Below, in pieces: positions 46,569 to 56,688 of a DNA stretch of 64,000 bases. Numbering within the stretch: position 1 is the stretch's first letter; every line of letters starts with the position of its first letter. The position numbers and the translations under genes were made by a program. Origin of the DNA: an archaeon (GTDB lineage Archaea; Thermoproteota; Nitrososphaeria; Nitrososphaerales; JACAEJ01); contig JACGUG010000002.1 in NCBI GenBank assembly GCA_024256285.1, positions 7,427 to 71,426 of the forward strand, written 5' to 3'. The notes under the pieces were generated by a model. The model was not told the origin of the DNA, made no database searches, and worked only from the letters and a program-made list of their open reading frames with translations.

Positions 46569-46870
46569 AACCATTGTTTAGAGAGATGAAACTCAGAGAG
46601 GTCAAGACAGAGACAGATACGGTGGTCGGAGAAGCTCTTAAGATCGGCGATAGAACACTTTACCCTGTGATTAGGGTCTCGACTATAAAAAGGGAAGGAG
46701 AGGGTTTCTTTGGGGCGTGGGTCTCTCCGCTAGCCATGGTGGTGGTTGAACCAGCACAAGAGTACGCTATTCCTCTGACAGATGAAACCATTACGCTTGA
46801 GAAACTTCTCGAGATGGTACCTTCACTGAAAGAGGAGATGAAGAAAGTTCAGAGAAGACGGTCTTTGTAA
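46565..46870 (+). CDS. GerW/YtfJ-like protein (short paralog)
   Basis: VVGEALKIGDRTLYPVIRVS..GAWVSPLAMVVVEP. It overlaps the previous gene by 4 nt. Confidence 0.5.
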   Translation: MKPLFREMKLREVKTETDTVVGEALKIGDRTLYPVIRVSTIKREGEGFFGAWVSPLAMVVVEPAQEYAIPLTDETITLEKLLEMVPSLKEEMKKVQRRRSL

Positions 46871-46996
46871 ATTTCAAAAAAGACAGGCAGAAGAAGAAAG
46901 GGGGAGATCGGGTTCTATTCTATTTCCTCCTTACTGGAAAGATATCTCTGATTAGCTTACAGTTATAACTAGGAGCATAAAATATTGGCACTTCAA

Positions 46997-47551
46997 TTAC
47001 GAGTCGTCAACCCATACCTCGCTTACTATGTTCTGCTTTATCAAAGGCCTTGCATTTTCTAGAGGGATTACAGCTATATCCTCCTCTTTAAAGGGACCGT
47101 ACTTCTTCAGGTCGATGCCCATTATCGATGGGGTAGGTTGCAGAAACTTGACTATAGTAAATCTAGAAGATATCATATCAGATATCTTTTCCAATCTGGA
47201 CGATTGACCGTTCTTTATAGCCCTGCTAACTTTCTTCAATCTCTTGGTAAATAGGGATAAAGGCTCGATTATGTACCTCTCTTCAGGAGTCAGATCTTCT
47301 GTATCATCTAAACTTTGTGCCTTTTTTATCCTCAAATCGATCAATCTATCGATCAGGCATCCAATAAGTTCCCTTTCCTTGAAGGCCAAGTTGCTCATGA
47401 TGCTCTTCTCACTCTGGTTGATCTCCTTCATTATCTTATTCATATGAGTAGCCACATCTTTATAGAAACTCTTGGGAATCTTCTCCACTCTATCGCTCTT
47501 AGACTCTGATTCTATCAAACTATAAATCCTATCCAGAATAGCCTCGCCCAT
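46997..47551 (-). CDS. GINS subunit-like protein (Gins15/51-type)
   Basis: It is 184 aa and helical. It lies immediately downstream of priS (1-nt gap), the arrangement known for archaeal gins15/51. I have no strong motif. Confidence 0.5.
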   Translation of the reverse strand: MGEAILDRIYSLIESESKSDRVEKIPKSFYKDVATHMNKIMKEINQSEKSIMSNLAFKERELIGCLIDRLIDLRIKKAQSLDDTEDLTPEERYIIEPLSLFTKRLKKVSRAIKNGQSSRLEKISDMISSRFTIVKFLQPTPSIMGIDLKKYGPFKEEDIAVIPLENARPLIKQNIVSEVWVDDS

Positions 47552-47552
47552 A

Positions 47553-48722
47553 TCAGTCCGCCTCAGCCAACCCCTTCCCCATCAAGTAGACAGCAGCCAT
47601 CAATGGCAATTTAACCCTCTCTGACTTATAAGGTCCAAATAGTTTCCCCTTTAAAGTAAACTTTGGAGAATGGTCGACGAATATCTGTATAGGCTCTTCA
47701 CCTAAGGCAACTGCATCGACGAAGGGGTCGAAGGAGAGCAGATCGTCACACCTCCTTTTAAGCATGCCCGTACTGCCATGTAGCGTGTTCGGAAGCCTGA
47801 AGATTCTATGTATATCTGTTGTGACCATTGCATCGATCTTGGCGCTCAGCTTCCCAACGATCTCTCCAACAAAATTCTCGAAATTCTTATGCTTCATCTT
47901 TTCATAAATGTAAATGATCTTGTCTCTCACATCGTTACCATCATAACCTTCGAACTCCGTCTCTGAAAAGAACTTAGCTATCCGACCTCTATACCCAGAT
48001 TCGTTAGTCAATGGAAGCATCCTACGCATCTTTTCGTATGATGCTCTTTTGGAGATGCCGAGGCTCTCTAAACTCAGGCCGATGCCAGAAACATAATCCG
48101 ATATCTCACTTCTTGCCAACTGATCCAACTCTTCCAGAGCACTTTTCTCTACAGTCACATGGTATCCCCTACCTCCTGAGAAATAAACCTCGATGTTCTC
48201 CATTGAGATGCCAAAATCTTTCAGTAGGAAGTCCATCAACTTCATCGCCTCGTCTTTTGTGGCTTCTAGGCAAGACTGGCAGACCCAATACTCTTCATCT
48301 ATTCTCATGCCTTCACACTTAGGGCATTTATCGGGTCTTTTTCCTTTACCCATAAAATTGCAGTCTTTACATATCCAACGATCGTGCTCTTCCTTGCATC
48401 TCGTAGGTATGTCATCGGCATCTATGTCAAAGATCAGATCAGCCCCCTTCCAGCCCTTCTCATCCATGGCAAGAATCGGTTCATAATAATAGGCGCAAGA
48501 GTAGTAGACTGAGTGGGGCATCTCCTTGATAAGGAAAGCTCGAAGATTGCCTTCGGTCTGGAACGATAGATGCCTGACCATGACCTTATCGAAGGACATA
48601 TAGCCGAACTCTCTCTCCTTCATTCTGATAGGGGCAGTGATCTTTTCTGCGTTCTTAAAGTAGAACTCTTTAAAGGCTTGCTTCAAAACTGCTATAGTCT
48701 TCTCATTCATAACAATAATCAT
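47553..48722 (-). CDS. priS: DNA primase small (catalytic) subunit
   Basis: It has DLIFDIDADD, the zinc knuckle CKDCNF..CPKC and SGGRGYH. Confidence 0.9.
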   Translation of the reverse strand: MIIVMNEKTIAVLKQAFKEFYFKNAEKITAPIRMKEREFGYMSFDKVMVRHLSFQTEGNLRAFLIKEMPHSVYYSCAYYYEPILAMDEKGWKGADLIFDIDADDIPTRCKEEHDRWICKDCNFMGKGKRPDKCPKCEGMRIDEEYWVCQSCLEATKDEAMKLMDFLLKDFGISMENIEVYFSGGRGYHVTVEKSALEELDQLARSEISDYVSGIGLSLESLGISKRASYEKMRRMLPLTNESGYRGRIAKFFSETEFEGYDGNDVRDKIIYIYEKMKHKNFENFVGEIVGKLSAKIDAMVTTDIHRIFRLPNTLHGSTGMLKRRCDDLLSFDPFVDAVALGEEPIQIFVDHSPKFTLKGKLFGPYKSERVKLPLMAAVYLMGKGLAEAD

Positions 48723-48736
48723 TCATCCATTTGTTC

Positions 48737-49801
48737 TTATTCACGAATTTGACGGGTAGATTTTTTCTTGAATGGGGGCTTTTTACCAAACTGAAGGGGG
48801 CTTCTGATCGTAGCGCATAAAATTTTATCTTTAAAGCATAGACCGTGAGTGGCTAGCGTCCTACAACTTGGAACCTTATAGCGCCTTCTCCCCCCTCTCA
48901 TTCCAGCTATATGCTCCACTTGATATCTTGTCAGCCTTTCATTGAAGTCTGGCGATCTTGGGTAGATATCGATTATATCGTCAACGGATTTACCGATACT
49001 TAGAAGGTACGTTGTTAAAAGGAAACGGCCGTAATGGGATACGTTCTGCCCCTTCTTAAGCAGATCTAGCGTGTGTATAACGCAAGGGGGAAACTTCTCA
49101 GGGGTAACCCTCTGAAACCTATCCGATGGGGGAGGCAATACTCCAGATATCTCATGGACTGCCTCTTTCAGATTTTTCGGCATGCTAGGCAACGATACAC
49201 CCTTCATCCTATCGTAAATCTTCCTTCTAATTTCCTCCCTGATCAATCTGACTAGTTCATAAGTCTTCAGATAGACGAAACCATTCTCAACGACCCGGTT
49301 GATAAGCTTCCATTCTGGTTCGTGGAAATGAGTTGCGCGCTTCAAGTATTCAATCAAATTTATCTTAAAGTCGAATAACTCATGCTCTACGCTGATAGGC
49401 TCTACATTAAAAGTGCTTTTGAAGATGTACGATATGATCGACTTCTTTTCTTCCTTAAGAAGCCTCTCAGCCCTTATCGCTTCTGCCAGTGAGTATCTAT
49501 GTATGATGTATTCGACATTCATTGCCTTGACGAGCATCAAAGCCAGTGGGAAGGAGAGAAGCTCTACTGTGGGCTCCGATATTTCACTAGATATGTAATT
49601 CTTTTGAATCGCCTCCATTACCCTCTGCTTTGCTCTTTCCACGGCTGGGCGATAGTCTTCCTGCCCCAGATCCTCTACACTTAGACTCAACTCCTTCACA
49701 TAATCCCCAGCTTCCTTCAGAAAAGGGTACTTTGCCAGGTCTTCTAACCCAAACTCTATCTCCATACCTACTCTCTTTAACAGGTCTTGCCTCTTAAACA
49801 A
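48737..49801 (-). CDS. priL: DNA primase large subunit
   Basis: It is 354 aa and lies upstream of priS. Its C-terminal Fe-S domain cysteines are PPCV..., ..SCRTL..GLCF..LC. Confidence 0.85.
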   Translation of the reverse strand: MFKRQDLLKRVGMEIEFGLEDLAKYPFLKEAGDYVKELSLSVEDLGQEDYRPAVERAKQRVMEAIQKNYISSEISEPTVELLSFPLALMLVKAMNVEYIIHRYSLAEAIRAERLLKEEKKSIISYIFKSTFNVEPISVEHELFDFKINLIEYLKRATHFHEPEWKLINRVVENGFVYLKTYELVRLIREEIRRKIYDRMKGVSLPSMPKNLKEAVHEISGVLPPPSDRFQRVTPEKFPPCVIHTLDLLKKGQNVSHYGRFLLTTYLLSIGKSVDDIIDIYPRSPDFNERLTRYQVEHIAGMRGGRRRYKVPSCRTLATHGLCFKDKILCATIRSPLQFGKKPPFKKKSTRQIRE

Positions 49802-49831
49802 TTCTACATTAGAAATTTGTTGGTATTAATC

Positions 49832-50851
49832 TCATCTGTAAACCCTTCCTTTCCAGATCGTCCCTTTCTTTCTTATCATACGACAAGTGGAGGTTGCCAT
49901 CATCATGACGTAGATAACAACAGACGCAGGGAAAAGTGGAACATATTTAATATCAGCACCAAACGCTGGGAAGACTATGAGAGGAAGCAAGAGAAAAGTA
50001 AAGGATGCAAGAATGGCTAACAGAAATTCCCTTGTTCTTTGGAAGACTGCAAGAAAACTTGTAAATGCGTTTTTAACCAATCCTTCTCATAACTCTCTAA
50101 AATTTCTGTACATCCGTGTTTGTAGTGCATGAGGAGCGTACAACAACCTAAGCCTAAACTTCGACTTCTTAACCTTCTCAGCCAGACGATAGTCCTCATC
50201 AATTCTGTTCCATACTGCTTTATGCCCACCTACATTTTCATAAACACTCCTTCTAATGAGTATGTACTGCCCATTTCCCAGCCAACTTGAGCCATCGTCA
50301 TCATTCACATTCGGTCTCAGTGAAAAGAGGAATATGATATAAGCCATGGTTGGGATCATCAACTTCTCCCAAAAAAAGTATTCATTATAAACTTCGGATA
50401 AAGAGACAGCATATCGACTTGATTTTTCAGAAGATAGTTTACTGTCAAGGTTAGACTATCTTTGCTATGGATGGTATCTCCGTCTGTGAAGAGCAAAAAT
50501 TCACCTTTCGATCTCTTATAACCTACGGAGCAAGCCCAGTTCTTTCCCACCCATCCTTCAGGGAGGTTTTCTTCCTCTAAAACTTCGATCTTTTCCTGAA
50601 AGCCTTCCAATATATTTCCCGTGCCATCTGTAGAGTTCCCATCAACGACTATTATCTCCTTTTTAGCGTAGCCCAAATTCGTTATAGAGTCGAGGCAATC
50701 TATCTTTTAGGGTATCTTCCTCATTTCTCACTGGAATTATTATTGAGATCGATGGTTCTTTTTTCATCCGCATCGGATTGATTGGCAGTGAGGGAAAGGT
50801 CTTGAGAGAGTAGATGATGAAGAGGCTGAGTAAAAACTGCAGAATGGTCAA
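49832..50851 (-). pseudogene. family-2 glycosyltransferase pseudogene (two frameshifts plus an in-frame TGA)
   Basis: Four colinear fragments are present: SISIIIPVRNEEDTL / EIIVVDGNSTDGT..GWVGKNWAC..LFTDGDT / GNGQYILIRRSVYENVGGH..EDYRLA / a TM tail. By coordinate arithmetic, fragment 2 is in a different frame. Fragments 3 and 4 are separated by an in-frame TGA at 50087-50089. Confidence 0.75.
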
Positions 50852-50929
50852 TATTTAAAAGGATCAGTGAGGCGATAGCCATGATTTCGCTATCCGCTTC
50901 CATAAAATAGGTTAAAAATCTTTGGAGAT

Positions 50930-51709
50930 TTACTTCTCTTCTATCCTTGGAGCAAGATAGAAGTGTATCTTACCGCCAAGATCGCTAAGCTTTAACTCCA
51001 GCCTTATGGGCATCTTACTTGAATATTCAAGTACAACTGTATCGGATGCCGAACCAATAGCCTTAATTATGTTCGAGAGATATTCAATGTTATAAGTCGC
51101 TTTGCTATTCTCCTTAACTTCTAGCTCCAATACGTCTTGGGTTGTTCGCTCTAAGGTTACAGAGCCAGAGCCGATATCACCCTTGCCATAGAAGACTAAC
51201 TTATCATTCGATGTATCTATGGTAACATGGTCTGAAACAACCGAAATATCGTTCAGCATACTCTCGAAGGCCTTCTTCGCTATTATGGATTTGATGTTGA
51301 AGGTAAGCTTAGGAAGGGGCGTAGAACCGTAAGTGCTTTCTATCAGGTGTAGTAAAAATTCTCTCCCATATCCATTTAGAATCCTGAGGATGATGTTTTC
51401 ATCATTGGTAGTTGCGATCTCTATACTATCCTTCGCATCGGCCCTTTTTATCAACTTCGCAAAGTCATCCATCTTGACGCTGAACTTGAAGGGAGCATCG
51501 CATTCGTATTTTTCAAAGGCTAGGCTTGGCCATGATAGGTCTACAAGGGCTACATGAGATGGGTCCATAGCCCTGAAGGTGATGCCCTCTGGAGAAGCCT
51601 CGAATGTTGCCTCATCCACCAACGTTAAGACGACCGATGAGACTACCTTCCACTCCCCTGATGTAGAGGTTTTGGCTAAAAAGACCAAATCGACCGCCGT
51701 TGCAGACAT
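50930..51709 (-). CDS. pcn: DNA polymerase sliding clamp (PCNA)
   Basis: 259 aa with a two-domain PCNA pattern (..EGITFRAMDPSHVALVDL.., ..LEYSSKMPIRLEL..YLAPR). Confidence 0.9.
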   Translation of the reverse strand: MSATAVDLVFLAKTSTSGEWKVVSSVVLTLVDEATFEASPEGITFRAMDPSHVALVDLSWPSLAFEKYECDAPFKFSVKMDDFAKLIKRADAKDSIEIATTNDENIILRILNGYGREFLLHLIESTYGSTPLPKLTFNIKSIIAKKAFESMLNDISVVSDHVTIDTSNDKLVFYGKGDIGSGSVTLERTTQDVLELEVKENSKATYNIEYLSNIIKAIGSASDTVVLEYSSKMPIRLELKLSDLGGKIHFYLAPRIEEK

Positions 51710-51797
51710 TAGTTCTGATATGATTTAAGCATTGCTCAAAATCGAATTTTTATGGAACTATGAGGGTCATTTCCCTTCCTTCATTACAACGTAGAAT

Positions 51798-52202
51798 CTA
51801 TCTTCTAATGATCGAGTACTTCACCATGTTCCCCTCACGATCGAATACCCCTATATCATCCTCAGACTTATAGGGATAGGCGATTATGACCATGATCCTG
51901 CCGTAAAAGTTGTTCAGATCGCCTATAGAGGGCCGTAAAGTTCCAGATGGATGTGAGTGAGCAGTACCCAATATCGATAGATCAAGGGGGAGGGTATGAA
52001 GGGGAAAGCTGGAGAAACCTCTTCCATGTATAGCAAAAGGTGGTACGATAACGCTTTCCACTACGATCTCATCTTTATGGACCTTGCCTCTAAGTAGAAG
52101 TATCCCTTCGTCTGGGTAAGAGTTCTGGGCATAGCTCAAAAGGCTGTCGATCACTGATGCCTTGAAGATTATTTTCTTGGTCATTTTAAGCCCGTATCTC
52201 AA
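51798..52202 (-). CDS. JAMM/MPN+ metalloprotease
   Basis: It has EGILLL plus HSHPSGTLRPSIGD (the HxHx7Sx2D motif). Confidence 0.8.
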   Translation of the reverse strand: MRYGLKMTKKIIFKASVIDSLLSYAQNSYPDEGILLLRGKVHKDEIVVESVIVPPFAIHGRGFSSFPLHTLPLDLSILGTAHSHPSGTLRPSIGDLNNFYGRIMVIIAYPYKSEDDIGVFDREGNMVKYSIIRR

Positions 52203-52242
52203 AGAGGTTTTTTATCCATTAGTTCCTGAGATCGTGAAGACG

Positions 52243-53418
52243 TTAGTCATATACCCTTAATATATCGTAAGTAGTGGACCTCTGGGCAGGAATTCTGCCT
52301 ATGTCTTGAATCAGCCTTCTGAACTCCTCTGGGTGTAAAAGTTGCCCATGAATAGCTCCAGCAGCTCTTGATATGCTCTCATTGATCAGAGTTCCACCAA
52401 AGTCGTTGGCGCCAACATTAAGGCAGAACTGTGCAAATTTCTTTCCTTCCTTGACCCAAGATACCTGTATGTTCTTGATGTCATCGTTAAGCATCAGCCT
52501 AGATGCTGCATACATCTTGACTACCTCTGCACCAGTCGCGCCTCTCCTTATGTTCTTTACTAGACCTTTCTTGTAGATCGGGGTTTCATAGTGCACAAAA
52601 CTCAGGGGGACGAATTCTGTTATGCCATGAGTCTCTTTCTGTATATCCCTTATTATGGCTATGTGCTTCGCCTTGTGTAATGAATTTTCGATATGCCCAT
52701 ACATTATAGTCGAAGTTGTTGGGATGCCTAGCCTGTGGGCTGCCTTTATCACTCTGATCCAATCTTTTGTTCTAATTCTATTGGGAGAGATCACTTCTCT
52801 GATTTCGTCGTCGAGTATCTCTGCTGCTGTGCCGGGCAGACTGCCGATACCAGCCTCCTTGAGCATCTTCAAGTAATCTTCCACAGTTGTACCCAACCTT
52901 AAAGCCCCATAAACCACCTCTTCAGGGGAGAAGGCATGGATATGGATGTCTGGCACCTCTTTCTTCACGGCTTTGCAGATATCGATGTAAATATTCCCGT
53001 CCATATTTGGTGGGAGACCGGCTTGAATACATACTTCTGTTGCTCCTAATTCCCATGCCTCCTTCGCCATCCTGACTACTTCTTCGATGGGCAAGAAGTA
53101 GCTATCTTTATCTCCATAACTCCGGCTGAAGGCACAGAACCCACATCTATTTATGCAGATGTTCGTGAAGTTGATGTTTCGGTTTACAACATAAGTGACT
53201 ACATCGCCGACTGTCGTGCGCCTAAGTTCATCGGCAACTGTAATTAAAGCGTTAAGATCGGTTCCTTTTATCTCAAAAAGCTCGACACACTCATCTACAG
53301 AAATTTCCTTGCCATCAAGGGCCTTATCAAGAATCGATGCTATAACAGGGTCGATCTTATACAGTAAGTTTTCAAGAGAGGGGCGAAGGATGTCAGAATC
53401 GTGTGCGCTCAGGTTCAA
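52243..53418 (-). CDS. cofH: FO synthase subunit CofH (radical SAM)
   Basis: It has NICINRCGFCAF and is 391 aa. It directly abuts cofG. Confidence 0.85.
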   Translation of the reverse strand: MNLSAHDSDILRPSLENLLYKIDPVIASILDKALDGKEISVDECVELFEIKGTDLNALITVADELRRTTVGDVVTYVVNRNINFTNICINRCGFCAFSRSYGDKDSYFLPIEEVVRMAKEAWELGATEVCIQAGLPPNMDGNIYIDICKAVKKEVPDIHIHAFSPEEVVYGALRLGTTVEDYLKMLKEAGIGSLPGTAAEILDDEIREVISPNRIRTKDWIRVIKAAHRLGIPTTSTIMYGHIENSLHKAKHIAIIRDIQKETHGITEFVPLSFVHYETPIYKKGLVKNIRRGATGAEVVKMYAASRLMLNDDIKNIQVSWVKEGKKFAQFCLNVGANDFGGTLINESISRAAGAIHGQLLHPEEFRRLIQDIGRIPAQRSTTYDILRVYD

Positions 53419-54651
53419 TCAAGATACCTCTCTTACATAACCTTCGTGGTCGGCAAGGGATAGTATGTGACTTTTAAGAGGCTTTGGCAAGAAATCGGCC
53501 TTGTTCAATATAAACTCGGGATAGATAGGGAGCCTAGCCCTCAATTCAAGACCCCCCTTCTCTGTTACACTTTTCAGAGCCCTTATCTCAGGCCATGGTG
53601 CTTCGGGGTTCACGAAGTCTTTTGTAACAGGGGATACGCCACCCCAGTCATTTATTCCTGCAGATAGATACATACCATATTCATCAGGGCTAAGGTTTGG
53701 AGGCACTTGTATGTTCACATCATTCCCGAAGATCAATCTCGATACAGAAATTACTCGAGAGATTTCTTTTACAGTAGGCTCTGGATGAGATGCCATAGGG
53801 GTATCTGGCTTAGCCTTGAAGTTCTGGATTATCACCTCTTGAATATGACCATATCTTTCATTCAACTTCTTTATGGCGTAGAGAGAGTCTACGATCTCTT
53901 CAAGAGTTTCTCCTATGCCTATCAACAGACCAGTGGTGAAAGGTATCTTGAGTTGCCCAGCATTCTCGATTGTAGCCAATCTCAGATCAGGCCTTTTACT
54001 TGGAGAGAACTCATGAGGTTCACCTTTACCACACAATCTATCGCTCACATTCTCCAGCATCAACCCCATGCTGGCATTTACATCCTTTAGATCAACCATC
54101 TCTCCCTTCGTCATAAACCCAGGATTAGAGTGAGGCAGAAGGCCAGTCTTCTTTATCACCATCTTACACATATCATGTAGATATTCTAACATGCTCTTAT
54201 ATCCCAGTCTCTTCAACCACCTAAGGGCTTCTGGATAGCGTCTCTCAGGCTTCTCACCTAAAGTGAAAAGGGCTTCTGTACAATGAAAACCTTTACCAGC
54301 CTCAGCGAAGGAAAGAACTTTGCTTGGATTCATTATCTCTGCATCAGGGTCTGTGGGCTCCCTTCTGAATTTACAGTAACCACATCTATTCCTGCATAGG
54401 TTCGTCAGAGGTATGAATACCTTTCTTGAATAGGTTATACGCTTTCCCTTACCATTATCTCGGATGATCCTTGCTACAGACATCAACACCTGAAGATCGT
54501 GGCCATCACACCTTATTAGATCATAAGCCTCTTCTTTTGTAATTTCCTTCCCTTCAAGGCTTTTGTATAGTACTTCTTTAATCTCAGAGTCGATTTCATC
54601 TTCAAGGTTGACAATGCCGTGAGGCTTCGTGTTCTGCTTTGGGATAGCCAA
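53419..54651 (-). CDS. cofG: FO synthase subunit CofG (radical SAM)
   Basis: It has NLCRNRCGYCKF and is 410 aa with a TTG start in the track. Confidence 0.85.
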   Translation of the reverse strand: MAIPKQNTKPHGIVNLEDEIDSEIKEVLYKSLEGKEITKEEAYDLIRCDGHDLQVLMSVARIIRDNGKGKRITYSRKVFIPLTNLCRNRCGYCKFRREPTDPDAEIMNPSKVLSFAEAGKGFHCTEALFTLGEKPERRYPEALRWLKRLGYKSMLEYLHDMCKMVIKKTGLLPHSNPGFMTKGEMVDLKDVNASMGLMLENVSDRLCGKGEPHEFSPSKRPDLRLATIENAGQLKIPFTTGLLIGIGETLEEIVDSLYAIKKLNERYGHIQEVIIQNFKAKPDTPMASHPEPTVKEISRVISVSRLIFGNDVNIQVPPNLSPDEYGMYLSAGINDWGGVSPVTKDFVNPEAPWPEIRALKSVTEKGGLELRARLPIYPEFILNKADFLPKPLKSHILSLADHEGYVREVS

Positions 54652-54801
54652 TTTGGTGGCAACCTCTTTAGAGAGTTGCTAATACATGCATTTATTTTAA
54701 CCTTTTATCTTAGATATAGAACTAGTTTTAAACCACCCTGAATAAACTTATTCCTTGCCTCTTCTCCCCCTTAAACATAAGTAAACTAGAGATACTGTTA
54801 T

Positions 54802-55365
54802 CTATCTGTATCCCGTCCACCTCTTGAAGAGATTATGCTCTATGCCAAGGCTATCGAGAATCTTACCAACAACGAAGTCTATTAATTGATCTATATCTTT
54901 TGGATTGTGATAAAAAGCTGGCATTGCAGGAAGTATAACTACACCTATCCTCGCCAACTTGAGCATATTTTCAAGAAAGATAGCACTGAGAGGAGTCTCC
55001 CTTGGGACGAGTATCAACTTTCTCCCTTGCTTTATGGCGACTTCTGCAGCCCTAAGGATGAGGTTATCGGAGTAACCATGGGCAATCCCTGCCAGAGTCT
55101 TGGCGCTGCATGGCACTATGACCATCCCGTCTGTAATGTATGAGCCACTTGCCAATGGTGATAGAAGATCGTCTAATTGGTAGGCATGAGTTGCCAACTT
55201 CTCTATGTCTTCCCTCTTCGATGAAAGTTCATGGGCGATGATTTCTTCAGCAGCTCCTCGGCTCACTATCACATGAGTCTCAACACCCTTATCCGAGAGA
55301 ACTTCTAAGAGGCGCTTGCCATATATTACGCCGCTTGCCCCTGTTATTCCTACAACTATTCTCAT
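54802..55365 (-). CDS. ubiX: flavin prenyltransferase UbiX
   Basis: It is 187 aa with MRIVVGITGASG and the PAMPAFY pattern. Confidence 0.9.
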   Translation of the reverse strand: MRIVVGITGASGVIYGKRLLEVLSDKGVETHVIVSRGAAEEIIAHELSSKREDIEKLATHAYQLDDLLSPLASGSYITDGMVIVPCSAKTLAGIAHGYSDNLILRAAEVAIKQGRKLILVPRETPLSAIFLENMLKLARIGVVILPAMPAFYHNPKDIDQLIDFVVGKILDSLGIEHNLFKRWTGYR

Positions 55366-56090
55366 CCGATCTCAACTTCAGGAGTTATCTTCTTCACAGA
55401 CCCATCTTTACAAGCCTTATAAATTGTATGAACTCTTTCGATGAATATGCCTGCCTCAACAACACCAGGCATATCCTTTATCTTACTCAAGAGCAGGGGA
55501 GGTTCATCTATAAGCCCAAAGTCTACATCGAGGATTACATTCCCGTTATCGGTAAAGAAAGGGTAGCCTTTTTTCAACGTTCTCAGTTCGGGCTTTCCTC
55601 CAATCTTTTCAAGCTCCTTCTGGACAAAGACGCGGGCAAAGGGCACGACTTCTATGGGCACTTTTCTGGACAGAACTTCTACGAACTTTTCTTCATCTGC
55701 AAGTATTACAACCTTCTTCGCTACCCTCATCAATACCTTTTCTCTTAAAAGAGCGCCCCCACCTCCCTTTATCATGTTGAAGTTCTTATCAACCTGATCG
55801 ACTCCATCGACGACCAAGTCGATAGAAGAGGCCAGACGGGGTTGGACGATCTCCAGTCCAGCCCTCTCTGCGAAGGTCTGTATCTGCAATGATGAGGGGA
55901 TTACTGAGACTTTGAAGTTGATCCTCGTCAGATACCTGCCTAAAGCATCGACGAACCTCGCTACAGTAGACCCGCTCCCTAAGCCTATGGTAATGTCTTC
56001 TTCTACGTTCTCAAGGGCTTCTTCAGCCATCTTCTCTAAAGTTTCTTCAGATCTTATCTTAATCACCCCCAAAATTATGAATTTCACCAA
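55362..56090 (-). CDS. rpiA: ribose-5-phosphate isomerase A
   Basis: It has GLGSGST, DGVDQVD and KGGGGAL. Confidence 0.9.
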   Translation of the reverse strand: MVKFIILGVIKIRSEETLEKMAEEALENVEEDITIGLGSGSTVARFVDALGRYLTRINFKVSVIPSSLQIQTFAERAGLEIVQPRLASSIDLVVDGVDQVDKNFNMIKGGGGALLREKVLMRVAKKVVILADEEKFVEVLSRKVPIEVVPFARVFVQKELEKIGGKPELRTLKKGYPFFTDNGNVILDVDFGLIDEPPLLLSKIKDMPGVVEAGIFIERVHTIYKACKDGSVKKITPEVEIG

Positions 56091-56596
56091 TGCTCAAGAT
56101 GTATAACTTCTTCAAGAGGCTTTCTATTGGAGACTTCACCCTTAACTTCATCTGAATAGCCTAAGGGTGTCATGGCAACTACACGTATATGTGGCGGTAT
56201 CCCAAGAGCACCCTTTTCTGCTTGCTCATCAAAATTCACTATCCAGCAAGTTTCCAGACCCTCCTCAGTTGCGCAGAGAATCATGTTCTGCAGGGCGATC
56301 GCTACATCGACTTTCCAGTACTCCTCTCCATCTTCTCTTACCCATGCTTCATTTGGGTCTGCACAGGCAACTATTATCACTGGGGCATGGATGAACCAGT
56401 CCTTAGAGTAAGTCTCTACCAGCCTTTCTTTTACCTTAGAGTCCGTTATTACGATGAAGTGCCGTGGTTGTCTGTTTGCAGCCGATGGTGCTAGACGCCC
56501 AGCCTCAAGCACATGCATGATCTTCTCCTTTTCGACTTCCTTCGACTTGTATCTACGTATGCTTCGCCTGAGTCTTATAGCTTCAGATACCTTCAA
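56084..56596 (-). CDS. nitroreductase-family flavoprotein
   Basis: It has RRSIRRY and ..APSAANRQP.. It overlaps rpiA by 7 nt. Confidence 0.8.
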   Translation of the reverse strand: MKVSEAIRLRRSIRRYKSKEVEKEKIMHVLEAGRLAPSAANRQPRHFIVITDSKVKERLVETYSKDWFIHAPVIIVACADPNEAWVREDGEEYWKVDVAIALQNMILCATEEGLETCWIVNFDEQAEKGALGIPPHIRVVAMTPLGYSDEVKGEVSNRKPLEEVIHLEHW

Positions 56597-56688
56597 GGAA
56601 GACTACCTCAAGTCAGTTCTCAAAAAGACCTAATAAAGAATTACTCTTCAGTTATCATAAATGATTATCGAATTATCTTACGTTATCT

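Noticed and set aside
50087-50089. In-frame TGA in the GT2 gene as possible selenocysteine or readthrough.
   Set aside because: The same gene also carries two frameshifts. No SECIS-like context was seen, and GT2 enzymes are not selenoproteins. It is best read as a nonsense mutation in a pseudogene.
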